Below are positions 10,167-19,242 of a stretch of 64,000 nt of DNA, piece by piece. Source of the stretch: an uncultured Azoarcus sp. (GTDB lineage: Bacteria; Pseudomonadota; Gammaproteobacteria; Burkholderiales; Rhodocyclaceae); contig CAXBIS010000011.1 in NCBI GenBank assembly GCA_963975885.1, positions 54,977 through 118,976 on the forward strand, written 5' to 3'. The notes under the pieces were generated by a model. That model searched no databases and was not told the DNA's origin. It worked only from the letters and a program-made list of their open reading frames with translations. Numbering within the stretch: position 1 is the stretch's first letter; each line of letters begins with the position of its first letter. A program made the position numbers and the translations under genes.

Positions 10167-10517
10167 ATGCGAACCACCATCCGGAGAATCGGCAACTCCC
10201 GCGGCGTCCTGATTCCGGCGGCCCTGCTTGCGCAGACTCGTATCGTCGATGAAGTCGAGATCACGCTCGATGGCAACCGCATCGTCATCGAACCAGGCAA
10301 GCCACTGCGTGAGGGCTGGTACTCGGGCTACGACCTGAAACTGGACGCGGACGCCTGGGAAGACCTGCCGCCGGCGGCCGACAGCGGTGAGTGGGAATGG
10401 TCAAGAACCGCCCCGCGGTCCGCCGCGGCGATGTGTACCGGGTCATCCTGGAGCCAACCATCGGCACCGAGATCCGCAAGACCCGCCCCGCCCTGGTCGT
10501 ATCCGCCGATGACATGA
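10167..10517 (+). CDS. AbrB/MazE (SpoVT)-type antitoxin, apparently C-terminally extended
   Basis: AAAGGAG RBS at 10152-10158. The product begins MRTTIRRIGNSRGVLIPAALLAQ...IVIEP, a swapped-hairpin AbrB fold signature. The family-typical end ...GEWEW is reached at 10400, but the frame stays open to 10517 across the toxin gene. Confidence 0.7.
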   Translation: MRTTIRRIGNSRGVLIPAALLAQTRIVDEVEITLDGNRIVIEPGKPLREGWYSGYDLKLDADAWEDLPPAADSGEWEWSRTAPRSAAAMCTGSSWSQPSAPRSARPAPPWSYPPMT

Positions 10518-10721
10518 ACCACACCTTGCCCCAAGTGATTGTCGCGCCCATCACCGGCAATGGCCAACCACTGGGATGTCGGCCGGAAATCATGCTCGAA
10601 GGCCGCTCGGCGCGCATCCTTCTCGACCAGATTCGCTGCATCGCCAAGTCGAGACTGCGGCCGCATCGACCACCTCCCCGAAAAGCTCTGGCACGAAACA
10701 CTGCTGTGCATGCTCGCCTGA
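10397..10721 (+). pseudogene. MazF/PemK-family endoribonuclease toxin, frameshifted near 10655-10662
   Basis: The N-terminal 88 codons read MVKNRPAVRRGDVYRVILEPTIGTEIRKTRPALVVS...LDQIRCIAKSRL, which is MazF/PemK-like. The family-like C-terminus GRIDHLPEKLWHETLLCMLA* sits in the +1 frame and ends at 10721. The annotated frame instead runs on to 10849, into the convergent porin gene. Confidence 0.65.
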
Positions 10722-10787
10722 TCCGGCAGGTCAACGCAAAAACGGGCGCCGAAGCGCCCGTTTCAATCGAATCGTCAGGAAAGACGA

Positions 10788-11792
10788 TTAGAAGAAGTGA
10801 CGAACACCCACGGCGAAACCGTCGGTATTGTTGCCGGGATCTGCATTGACGGCGAAGTTACGCAAGGAGCCTTTATCATTGTTGATGCGCGTATAGCCCG
10901 CGTAGGCCGTCGTACGCTTGGACAGATCGTGGAAGTACACAATCGACCACATATCGGCATCAAGATCGCTGTCTTCGTGGTTCAACTGACCGTAGCCGAG
11001 GGAGACTTTACCGGCTTGGCTGACCGGAATCGCACCGCTGACGCTCCAGACGTCATTTTCCATCGAACCGACGTCGACCGTCTGCCACGACGCGGAGACC
11101 TTGGCGACGCCGAAGTCGTAGGCACCGCTGAGCATCCATTCTTTCTGGTCGGAGCTACCACCGCCGTCGATGCGATGGTAGATGACGTTCGCTTCGATCG
11201 GGCCGTTTTTGTAAAGCGCGCCCAGACCCAACTTGTCGTCTTCACTGCGATCATTGTCCTGATTTTTCTCGCCTAGAGCATAAATGGCCTGGAACTCCAA
11301 GCCACCGTAGGACTTAGACCGGTAGTTGATCGAGTTGTTCCAGCGAGCAGCACCAGCAAGGCGGATGGTTGCACCAGCCCCACCGGCGAGCACCGCCTGC
11401 GGAGTAAAGGTACCGGAGAGCAGGAAGTTGCCGGCATCCCTGATGGATGCATCGTAACCTGGCGAATACTGACGACCGAGACCGACGAAGCCGAAGCCAC
11501 CTTCCAGGCCGAGATACGACCTACGAGGGGTCAAAGCAGTACCAGTATCGGCAGCAATCCCGTACTCGAGGTTGAACTTGGCCTTCAACCCGTTGCCCAA
11601 ATCCTCGGTGCCCTTGAAGCCGATGCGCGAGGCACGGAGGGTGCCGCTTTCAACACCGCGGAACTTGTTGTCACCCTGCTTGGCATACACCATGCCGACG
11701 TCAACGATACCGTAGATGGTGACATTCGACTGCGCCATCACCGGCGCAGACATCAGGCCGGCAACCGCCAGAGCAATGAGTTTCTTTTGCAT
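10788..11792 (-). CDS. outer-membrane general porin (Gram-negative porin family)
   Basis: Signal peptide MQKKLIALAVAGLMSAPVMA, then QSNVTIYGIVDVG. It has an alternating beta-strand pattern and a C-terminal ...GVRHFF. Confidence 0.85.
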   Translation of the reverse strand: MQKKLIALAVAGLMSAPVMAQSNVTIYGIVDVGMVYAKQGDNKFRGVESGTLRASRIGFKGTEDLGNGLKAKFNLEYGIAADTGTALTPRRSYLGLEGGFGFVGLGRQYSPGYDASIRDAGNFLLSGTFTPQAVLAGGAGATIRLAGAARWNNSINYRSKSYGGLEFQAIYALGEKNQDNDRSEDDKLGLGALYKNGPIEANVIYHRIDGGGSSDQKEWMLSGAYDFGVAKVSASWQTVDVGSMENDVWSVSGAIPVSQAGKVSLGYGQLNHEDSDLDADMWSIVYFHDLSKRTTAYAGYTRINNDKGSLRNFAVNADPGNNTDGFAVGVRHFF

Positions 11793-12445
11793 GAATTTCT
11801 CCTCTAGTTTTAAGCTGAAACCAGCAGCGCCTGCTGGCCCGACTTACCTCTCAATCGAGAAGCTGGGGTGATTGTGCAAAAGCGCTGCCGGTGGCCGCAA
11901 GCTCGGCGTAACAAAAAGAAAGATGAGGCGGCGGATTGTGTTGCGTGCCCGCAACAAGCGCTCGAACCAAGGTCACGGGTAAACCCCGACGACCCTTCGC
12001 GCACCTTTCCTGCACCCAGTATGCGTCGACGCGGATCACCCGCGGTCAATCACACCGAAGCGCCTCACCGGGCTTGCTTGGGGGCATTTCGCGACGCGTC
12101 GGCGACGACCATATTCCGATGCATGACATCCTGCCCGGATGCATTACGCGTCGGGCCAACCCGCCCCCTCGAAGCGAGACGGCCCGATGCTCACCGCAGC
12201 CTTCGGTGCGCGATGCGGCCCGACATGTCGCGGTACGGCAACACCCCCAGGGGGTAGGACTGCGAGTCATCCGCAATAAAATGCTTGTGTTCGCGCAACC
12301 CCGGCCTCATACTGCGTTGGCGGGTTTTCAAAGTACGTCGGCTCTTCGTAGTACCTCAGCGGTATCGGCAAGTGCTCTTGACCTTGATTCTCGTATTTTC
12401 GGGCTCACGCCCACGTTTCATTCAATCATTGCAAGGATGCACATC

Positions 12446-12652
12446 ATGGCAACCGGTACCGTAAAGTGGTTCAACGACGCTAAGGGCTTCGGCTTCATCA
12501 CCCCCGCGGACGGCGGCGAAGACGTCTTCGCTCACTTCTCCGCGATTCAGGGTGGCGGCTTCAAGTCGCTGGCCGAGAACGACAAGGTTTCGTTCGACAT
12601 CGTGTCTGGCCCGAAGGGCAAGCAAGCCGCGAACATCCAGCGCATCGACTGA
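12446..12652 (+). CDS. cspA: cold-shock protein, CspA family
   Basis: 68 aa: [35 protein letters not shown], carrying the RNP1/RNP2 motifs. The exact paralogue is not resolvable. Confidence 0.9.
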   Translation: MATGTVKWFNDAKGFGFITPADGGEDVFAHFSAIQGGGFKSLAENDKVSFDIVSGPKGKQAANIQRID

Positions 12653-12674
12653 ACGTCTGCCGCTGAATGAAAAA

Positions 12675-12700
12675 AGCCCAGGTCATCCTGGGCTTTTTTA
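12675..12700. terminator. intrinsic terminator after cspA (A-tract upstream, so possibly bidirectional for tenA)
   Basis: AGCCCAGG-tcat-CCTGGGCT, an 8-bp stem followed by TTTTTT. Confidence 0.7.
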
Positions 12701-12770
12701 CGTCCACTCATTACGTTCGCTCACGCCTCAAATGCAGCACGTCCAACACCAACGCAATTAAGAGCAGGCC

Positions 12771-13436
12771 CTAGTCGGCCAGATCCAGTCCCATCTGCCA
12801 GAAATCGGCCTCCAGTCGCGAGGCTGCATCGAAGATTTCCACCAATTCGTCGAAGCGTGCGGCATCAACCCGAGCGAGCCTGGCGTCGACCCACTCGCGC
12901 TCGTCCAGCGCGACCTGCTGAAACTCGTCACCGGCGTACATCTCGATCCACGCCGCATAAGGGTTGCCGTCGAGCCGCGTGAAAGGTTGCTTGAGTAACC
13001 ACCGTGCGATCTCCGCATAACCAATCATGCATGGCGACAAGGCCACATGCAGGTCCAGCAGATCGCCCCGGTTCCCGGTATCGAGCACGTAGCGTGTATA
13101 GGCCAGCGTCGCGCGTGACTCAGGCAGGCGCGCGAGTTGCGCCTCGGAGATGCCCCATTCGCGGCAATAGGCTACGTGCAGGTCCAGCTCGACATCGAGG
13201 ATCGCTTTCAGGCCATCACCGGCACGGCGCAGATCAGCCAGATCGCGGCTTTTGTAGGCTGCCAGCGCAAAGGCCCGCGCAAAGTGGATCAGGAACAGAT
13301 AGTCCTGCTGCAGGTAGTGACGAAATGCAGGCTGCGCAAGATCGCCCGCGCCAAGGCTACGCACGAAGTCGTGCCGACAGTACGCCTCCCACGAATTACG
13401 GCAGCGTTGCTTGAGGACGTCGAAGCGGTGCGTCAT
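12771..13436 (-). CDS. tenA: TenA-family aminopyrimidine aminohydrolase (thiaminase II)
   Basis: 221 aa with the HDFVRSLGAGDL, FRHYLQQDYLFL and LSPCMIGYAEI pattern typical of the TenA/PqqC-like fold. Confidence 0.8.
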   Translation of the reverse strand: MTHRFDVLKQRCRNSWEAYCRHDFVRSLGAGDLAQPAFRHYLQQDYLFLIHFARAFALAAYKSRDLADLRRAGDGLKAILDVELDLHVAYCREWGISEAQLARLPESRATLAYTRYVLDTGNRGDLLDLHVALSPCMIGYAEIARWLLKQPFTRLDGNPYAAWIEMYAGDEFQQVALDEREWVDARLARVDAARFDELVEIFDAASRLEADFWQMGLDLAD

Positions 13437-13523
13437 GTCACAAATCCTCGGTCGACGCGGAACTCGGTTTCGTCAAGCGGCTTACAAAGCGCCGCCCCGG
13501 GTGCATGTCGACAGGCACCCAGT

Positions 13524-14462
13524 TCACGAGCGTTCGTGTTCGCTGTCGTGGCACCCGTACAAAGCTGCACCGTCATGCGCATGACGAGGATGCTCGAACT
13601 CGAGGGTGGAATGGCCGATGCCGAATCGCTCCTCAAGCGCGGACTTGATCTGCGCCTTGATTGCCTCGATACGGGTCCAGCCCTGCTCGGACAACACCAC
13701 ATGCGCATCCAGGGTGAAAATTCGCTCGTGCACCTGCCAGAGGTGCACATGGTGCAGGTCGGCCACGCCATCGATCGCTCGCACGGCCTCGAGCACATCT
13801 TCACTCTCGACCCCAGGGGGACTGCCCAGCATGAGGGTACGCATGGGCGTTCCGATCTCGGTGAACGATAGATACAGAATGTAGATCGCGATGCCGATGG
13901 TAATTGCCGGATCGACCCACCACATGTCGTAGAGAATGATGAGCGTACCGGAGACGATCACCGCAACCGAAGCCAGCGCGTCGGAAAGATTGTGCAGGAA
14001 AAGCGCGCGGATGTTCACGCTGCCCTTCTGCATGGAATACGTAAGTAACGCCGTCAGCGCGTCCACGATCAGCGCCACGCCCGCGATGGCGACTACCATC
14101 CAGCCAGCGACCTCCGGCGGATCTATGAGCCGCATACCCCCTTCGTAGACCAGGTAGAGCCCGATCACGATCAGCGTGGTGTAGTTTATCAGAGCAGCCA
14201 CCACCTCGATCCGGCCGTAGCCGAAGGTCATTCCCGAATCCGCCGAACGACGTGCGATCTTGCGCGCAGCAAAAGCGATGAGCAGCGCGGCCACGTCCGA
14301 GAAATTGTGCAGGGCATCGGCAATCAGCGCGAGGCTACCCGCAAGAATGCCCCCGACGATCTGTGCGACGGTGAGGATGCCGTTCGCCCAGATTGCTACC
14401 GCAACGCGGCGGTCTCCGCTTTCTGGGTCGAGATGAGCGTGGTCGTGATGTGAATGGGCCAT
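13524..14462 (-). CDS. czcD: cation diffusion facilitator metal-efflux transporter (CzcD-type)
   Basis: His-rich N-terminus MAHSHHDHAHLD, six TM segments with LALIADALHNFSD and LHNLSDALAS metal-site motifs, and a C-terminal cytoplasmic domain. Confidence 0.8.
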   Translation of the reverse strand: MAHSHHDHAHLDPESGDRRVAVAIWANGILTVAQIVGGILAGSLALIADALHNFSDVAALLIAFAARKIARRSADSGMTFGYGRIEVVAALINYTTLIVIGLYLVYEGGMRLIDPPEVAGWMVVAIAGVALIVDALTALLTYSMQKGSVNIRALFLHNLSDALASVAVIVSGTLIILYDMWWVDPAITIGIAIYILYLSFTEIGTPMRTLMLGSPPGVESEDVLEAVRAIDGVADLHHVHLWQVHERIFTLDAHVVLSEQGWTRIEAIKAQIKSALEERFGIGHSTLEFEHPRHAHDGAALYGCHDSEHERS

Positions 14463-14729
14463 CAGGAGGCTCCTTTTGACAACGAGCTATTGGCCGAACC
14501 GTCGAAGAGTCGGCGCCAGAATCTATGCGGACTCCGATCGTTACGCGCAGATCGGGATGCATCGCATGGACACGGCGGATGATCAATGGCAATCAAAGCA
14601 CGGTCGCTGCACGAGCAGAAGGGACAGGCGTCCGGTATTGATGAATACCGGACGTACAACGCGGCGACAACCAGTTTGCCACGGGCGCAAAGGCTGACAA
14701 TAGCGTTGATATTGTCAGGCGCGCGGGCA

Positions 14730-17700
14730 TCAGGCCACGTCTTTGAGCTTTGCTTTCGAAAAAATCCCGAACAGCACGGGAAGCACAAAGAGCGTCAGAA
14801 AAGTGGACGTCACCAGCCCCCCGACGATGACACTCGCTAACGGCTTCTGTATTTCCGCACCAACACCATTAGACAGCAGCATCGGGATCAACCCCAACGC
14901 CGAGGTCATAGCCGTCATCAGTACCGGTCTGAGTCGCGACGTCGCTCCGTCGAATACGGCATCGGAAACTATCAACCCATCAGCGATGCGCTGATTGATG
15001 CTTTCAACCATCACGACACCATTAAGTACAGCCACCCCGAACAGCGTAATGAAACCGATTGAACTCGGCACCGAGAGATATTGTCCGGACACCCATAAGG
15101 AAAACACCCCCCCGATCACGGCCAACGGCACGTTGACCAGGATCAGCAAAGCCTGCCCCACAGAATTGAAGGCGAAGTAGAGCAACAGGGCGATTAGGCC
15201 TATGGAAACAGGAACGACCAGTGACAGCCGTTTTTGAGCACGCTCCTGATTTTCGAATTGCCCTCCGATCTCGACCGAGTAACCTGTTGGCAATTCGACC
15301 TGCTCTCGAATTACCTGACGGATGTCCGCCACGACGCTACCCATGTCGCGCCCTTCCACGTTCGATTGAACAACGACGCGGCGCTGAACGTCATCACGAC
15401 GCACCTGAGGAGGACCAGAGGCAATCGTGACCTCGGCGACGTCTCCAAGCCGCACCAAGGCGCCGGACGGCGCTCTTAATCGGAGGTCCGAGATTGTTTC
15501 ACGATCATCGCGAAAACGTTCATCGAGACGTACGTAGATATCGTAACGTTCATTACCCTTGATGATCTGGCCGGCGCGAGCCCCGCCCAATCCGTCCCGC
15601 ACCAGCGTCATCACATCACCGACGGCGAGACCATAACGAGACAACGATCTACGATCGGGCGTAACGACGAGTTGCGATTCACCTACGATCTGTTCCATCG
15701 CCACATCGCGTGCGCCTTTAACGGTCTTGACGACAGCCTCGATCTCCGCGCCCTTCTCGGCGAGCACCTTCAAGTCAGGCCCGAACAGCTTGATGGCGAG
15801 CTGAGCTTTTACACCCGAAAGCAATTCGTCCACCCGGGTCGCAATCGGCTGTGAGAAATTCAATAGCAACCCCGGATGCTGCTCCAGCCTCTGCTCCATC
15901 AGTGACTGCAATTCATAGCGGTTGGATGCACTGACCCACTGTTCTGCCGGCTTGATACCTATATAGATCTCGATGTTGTTGACCGGCTCCGGGTCGCCGC
16001 CCAGTTCCGCGCGACCAATGCGTGACAAGGCATAGGTCACCTCCGGAAACTCCATCAACATCCTTTCGAGCCTGGGGGCCACTTCCAGCGCCGTATCTAG
16101 GCTCGAAGACGGCGCAAGAGTAACCCTCAGATTGATCGTTCCCTCTTCCAGTTCGGGCACGAACTCGGTGCCAAGCCGGGGAACCACCAGCGCGGCCGCG
16201 GCCACCAGCAAGACGGCGACTGCGACGACCGCCTTGCCGTTGCGCATCGCCCATTTCAGACCCTTCCGGTAGACCGAATCGAGCGGCTTCAAAACCCAAC
16301 TCTCACGCTGGCGAATCCCGCTGCGGAAGATATAACTGGCCAAGGCCGGAACGATCACTAGAGCCACCAATAGCGCAGACAGCATCGCGAGGATAATGCT
16401 GATGGCCATCGGCTGAAACAGTTTGGCCTCGACTCCTTGGAAACTGAACAACGGCATGAAGACCACGAGAATAATGGCGGTCGCAAAGAAGATTGGCCGG
16501 GCAACTTCCCGTCCGGCTTCCTGAATCCGCAGCGCGATGCCATTACGATCATGGACGACATCCAGCGGATCCTCGTCCCGCCCGTCTACCAGTTGTTTGC
16601 GTTCCGCATCATGCTCCGCGTCCGGGTGGGTCAGATGCTTGAACATGTTCTCTACCATGACCACCGAACCGTCGACCAACATGCCGATCGCGACAGCAAT
16701 ACCGCCCAACGACATCAGGTTGGCTGACAAGCCGTACCAGGCCATGACCATCAAGGCGATACCAACGGATATCGGAATTGATATCAGAACAAGAAAGGTG
16801 GCCCGCAAGTTCATTAGAAACAAGGCCAGAATCACAGCAATGAATACGAAGGCAAGCAACAGCGCATTGACAACCGTCCGTACCGCCTGAGTGATCAAGT
16901 CCGCCTGATCGTAGAATGCCTCGAAGCGCACGCCTTCGGGCAGCGCCTGACTGATTCGTTCGACACGCGCGTTGATCGCGTCAATGGTCGATTTAGTGTT
17001 CGCGCCCATACGCTTTAGTACGATCCCGGCCACGACTTCCCCGAGTTCCTCGACTTTGCCTTCGGCATCTTTCCGGGTCATGGTCACTGCACCCTGGCGA
17101 ATCTCGCTACCGACATCGACGCGCGCCACATCCGCAACGGTCACTGCCACACCGTCGACGGTTCTCAGGGGGATCTGACGGATTTGTTCCAGACCCTGTT
17201 CGCCGTGATCCAGCCATCCGGTGCCCCGAATCACCAATTGCTCCTGACCCCGATTCATGTACCAGCCGCCGACGTTGGCGTTGTTGCGTTCCAGCGCCGT
17301 CATTACATCATCCTGACTCAGGTCGAACGCCAAAAGCCGAGACGGATTCAAGTTGACCTGGTACTGGCGGACATCTCCTCCAAAGGACAGCACATCAGTG
17401 ACACCTTCGGCCGGAATGAGCAGCAGTTTTACCACCCAATCATTGAGGCTGCGCAAGGCCATCGCGTCATAGCCCGAACCCGGATCGGCCATCAGAAGAT
17501 ACTGATAGACTTGGCCGAGACCAGAGGTATTGGGCCCCATTTCCGGCGTTCCGATACCCTGGGGAATCAGTTCCTTCGCCGCCTGCAGGCGTTCAAACAC
17601 CAGCTGACGTGCAAAGTAGACGTCAGTCCCGTCTTTGAACACCACGGTAATACCGGAAAGACCGGTTTTTGAGATGGAGCGCACCTCTTCGACGTCGGGC

Positions 17701-17927
17701 AGCGCGTACATGACTGCTTCGATCGGATAGGTAATCAGCTGCTCTACTTCTTCTGCCGCGAGCCCGGGGGCTTCCGTATTCACCGCAACCTGTACATTGG
17801 TCACGTCTGGAAATGCGTCCAGATTGAGCCGAGGGATGACCGAGACGGCAACCCCCATCAATGTGAATAGCGCAATCACTACAAGCAAGCGGTTTCTGGC
17901 GGCCCAATCTATGACTCGATTAAACAT
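14730..17927 (-). CDS. czcA: CzcA/CusA-family heavy-metal RND efflux pump
   Basis: 1065 aa with 12-TM RND architecture. N-terminus MFNRVIDWAARNRLLV...DAFPDVTNVQV is typical of the HME-RND family. Confidence 0.9.
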   Translation of the reverse strand: MFNRVIDWAARNRLLVVIALFTLMGVAVSVIPRLNLDAFPDVTNVQVAVNTEAPGLAAEEVEQLITYPIEAVMYALPDVEEVRSISKTGLSGITVVFKDGTDVYFARQLVFERLQAAKELIPQGIGTPEMGPNTSGLGQVYQYLLMADPGSGYDAMALRSLNDWVVKLLLIPAEGVTDVLSFGGDVRQYQVNLNPSRLLAFDLSQDDVMTALERNNANVGGWYMNRGQEQLVIRGTGWLDHGEQGLEQIRQIPLRTVDGVAVTVADVARVDVGSEIRQGAVTMTRKDAEGKVEELGEVVAGIVLKRMGANTKSTIDAINARVERISQALPEGVRFEAFYDQADLITQAVRTVVNALLLAFVFIAVILALFLMNLRATFLVLISIPISVGIALMVMAWYGLSANLMSLGGIAVAIGMLVDGSVVMVENMFKHLTHPDAEHDAERKQLVDGRDEDPLDVVHDRNGIALRIQEAGREVARPIFFATAIILVVFMPLFSFQGVEAKLFQPMAISIILAMLSALLVALVIVPALASYIFRSGIRQRESWVLKPLDSVYRKGLKWAMRNGKAVVAVAVLLVAAAALVVPRLGTEFVPELEEGTINLRVTLAPSSSLDTALEVAPRLERMLMEFPEVTYALSRIGRAELGGDPEPVNNIEIYIGIKPAEQWVSASNRYELQSLMEQRLEQHPGLLLNFSQPIATRVDELLSGVKAQLAIKLFGPDLKVLAEKGAEIEAVVKTVKGARDVAMEQIVGESQLVVTPDRRSLSRYGLAVGDVMTLVRDGLGGARAGQIIKGNERYDIYVRLDERFRDDRETISDLRLRAPSGALVRLGDVAEVTIASGPPQVRRDDVQRRVVVQSNVEGRDMGSVVADIRQVIREQVELPTGYSVEIGGQFENQERAQKRLSLVVPVSIGLIALLLYFAFNSVGQALLILVNVPLAVIGGVFSLWVSGQYLSVPSSIGFITLFGVAVLNGVVMVESINQRIADGLIVSDAVFDGATSRLRPVLMTAMTSALGLIPMLLSNGVGAEIQKPLASVIVGGLVTSTFLTLFVLPVLFGIFSKAKLKDVA

Positions 17928-17942
17928 GGGGACTCCAACTGT

Positions 17943-19232
17943 TCAGTGGTTATGCGGATCGAAGCCGCCCTTGGCGATTTGCGAAGCAACAAAAAATGCC
18001 CCTTGCATGACGACCTGCTTCCCCGGCTCGATACCCACTATTTCACGCACCGACCCCAGGGCGCGCCCGAGTTCGACTTCGACCGGCTCGAATTTTCCGG
18101 GTGCGTTTTCAACGAAGACAGTCCAATCTCCGTCTGCCCCGCGCATCAGCGCGGATTCGGGCACCGCGAGCACGGCAGTGTCGGTGCGAAAGCGAAAGAA
18201 AACCTCGGCGAATTGGCCCGGATGCAGGCGATGCCCAAGGTTATCGACCAGCAGGCGCACCGTGCGAGTGCGCGTGATCGGGTCGATCGTATGGGCCTCC
18301 TGGCTCACCCGCGCTTCCGCCCGCGCTGCACCCGCGCGGACTTCCGCCAAGGTTCCCGCGCCGAGAGTCAGGGTCATGTCGGCTGGTAGGTGAGCTTCGA
18401 CCCAGAGTTGCTTTTCGTCCGCCAGCATGATGAGCGGCGCACCGGGCTCGATACGCTGTCCCTGCTCGAACTCGTCGGCAAGAACTGCGCCATCGATTTC
18501 GGCTCGCAAGGTATATTCACCAAGGTTATTGCTGCTCCGTTTCCGCTCGGCTTCGAACGCCGACTTTTCCACCCCATAGGCCAACAGCGTAGCCTCTGCG
18601 GCCTCGATATCGGACTGGGCACTTACGTATCGCTGCTCTCCGACGGTCTTCCTCCCAAGCGCCCTCACCCTTTGCCATTCCGACCAAGCTTTTTGATACT
18701 CGGCCTGGGTGCGAGCCACGCTCTCGCTGAACAGAGTGACCAACGGCTGTCCCTGTTTGACATGGTCGCCCAAGGCGACATGACGGCGCAGCACCACGGA
18801 GGCCACCCTTGGCGACACGCGGTAACTGGTGTAGCCATTCGACAGGATCTCGCCCGGCGCATAGAGTTGATACTCGACTACCCGGGCCACGAGGGGTTCG
18901 ACTTTGATGTCGGCGAGCGCCATTTGAGTGGTATTCAATGCGGTCGCAGCGGATTCCTCTTCATCGTGACCGTGACCGTCCTCTCCGCTCACGTCACGCT
19001 CGTGTTTCGCGTCTTTGTCATGGTCATACGCGGAATCGGATAGGTGGTCGCCATGGGCATCGCCTTCCGTGTGTTCTTCCACGCGATCATGATCACGAGC
19101 TTCGAGCTCTTTGTCCTGCATCGCCTTAGCATTTTCCGCGTGAGAATGCGCGTCCTCTTTTTCCGCCCATGCGTAACCCACAACGGTCGGAACGAGCGCG
19201 GCGATCAGGACGCCAATATAGATGTTCTTCAT
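17943..19232 (-). CDS. czcB: RND periplasmic adaptor (CzcB-type) with a His/Asp/Glu-rich N-terminal region
   Basis: From ATG 19232: MKNIYIGVLIAALVP (signal or anchor), then a 90-aa His/Asp-rich stretch, then HlyD-like barrel-sandwich motifs. Lies directly upstream of czcA. Confidence 0.8.
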   Translation of the reverse strand: MKNIYIGVLIAALVPTVVGYAWAEKEDAHSHAENAKAMQDKELEARDHDRVEEHTEGDAHGDHLSDSAYDHDKDAKHERDVSGEDGHGHDEEESAATALNTTQMALADIKVEPLVARVVEYQLYAPGEILSNGYTSYRVSPRVASVVLRRHVALGDHVKQGQPLVTLFSESVARTQAEYQKAWSEWQRVRALGRKTVGEQRYVSAQSDIEAAEATLLAYGVEKSAFEAERKRSSNNLGEYTLRAEIDGAVLADEFEQGQRIEPGAPLIMLADEKQLWVEAHLPADMTLTLGAGTLAEVRAGAARAEARVSQEAHTIDPITRTRTVRLLVDNLGHRLHPGQFAEVFFRFRTDTAVLAVPESALMRGADGDWTVFVENAPGKFEPVEVELGRALGSVREIVGIEPGKQVVMQGAFFVASQIAKGGFDPHNH

Positions 19233-19242
19233 GTCGAAATTC

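Noticed and set aside
11793-12445. A 650-nt gap between the porin gene and cspA containing track ORFs (11868-12257, 11936-12652 N-terminal part, 11810-12049).
   Set aside because: These ORFs have no motifs, no RBS, and odd composition. The region is more plausibly two divergent promoter/leader regions, since a long cspA 5' leader is expected. I saw no clear sRNA signature, only a 7-bp hairpin CCAGCAG-cgc-CTGCTGG at about 11821-11838.
13437-13523. Looked for a TPP riboswitch upstream of the TenA-family gene.
   Set aside because: The spacer is only 87 nt and lacks the conserved CUGAGA and ACCUGAUCUGGAUAAUGCCAGCG-type elements.
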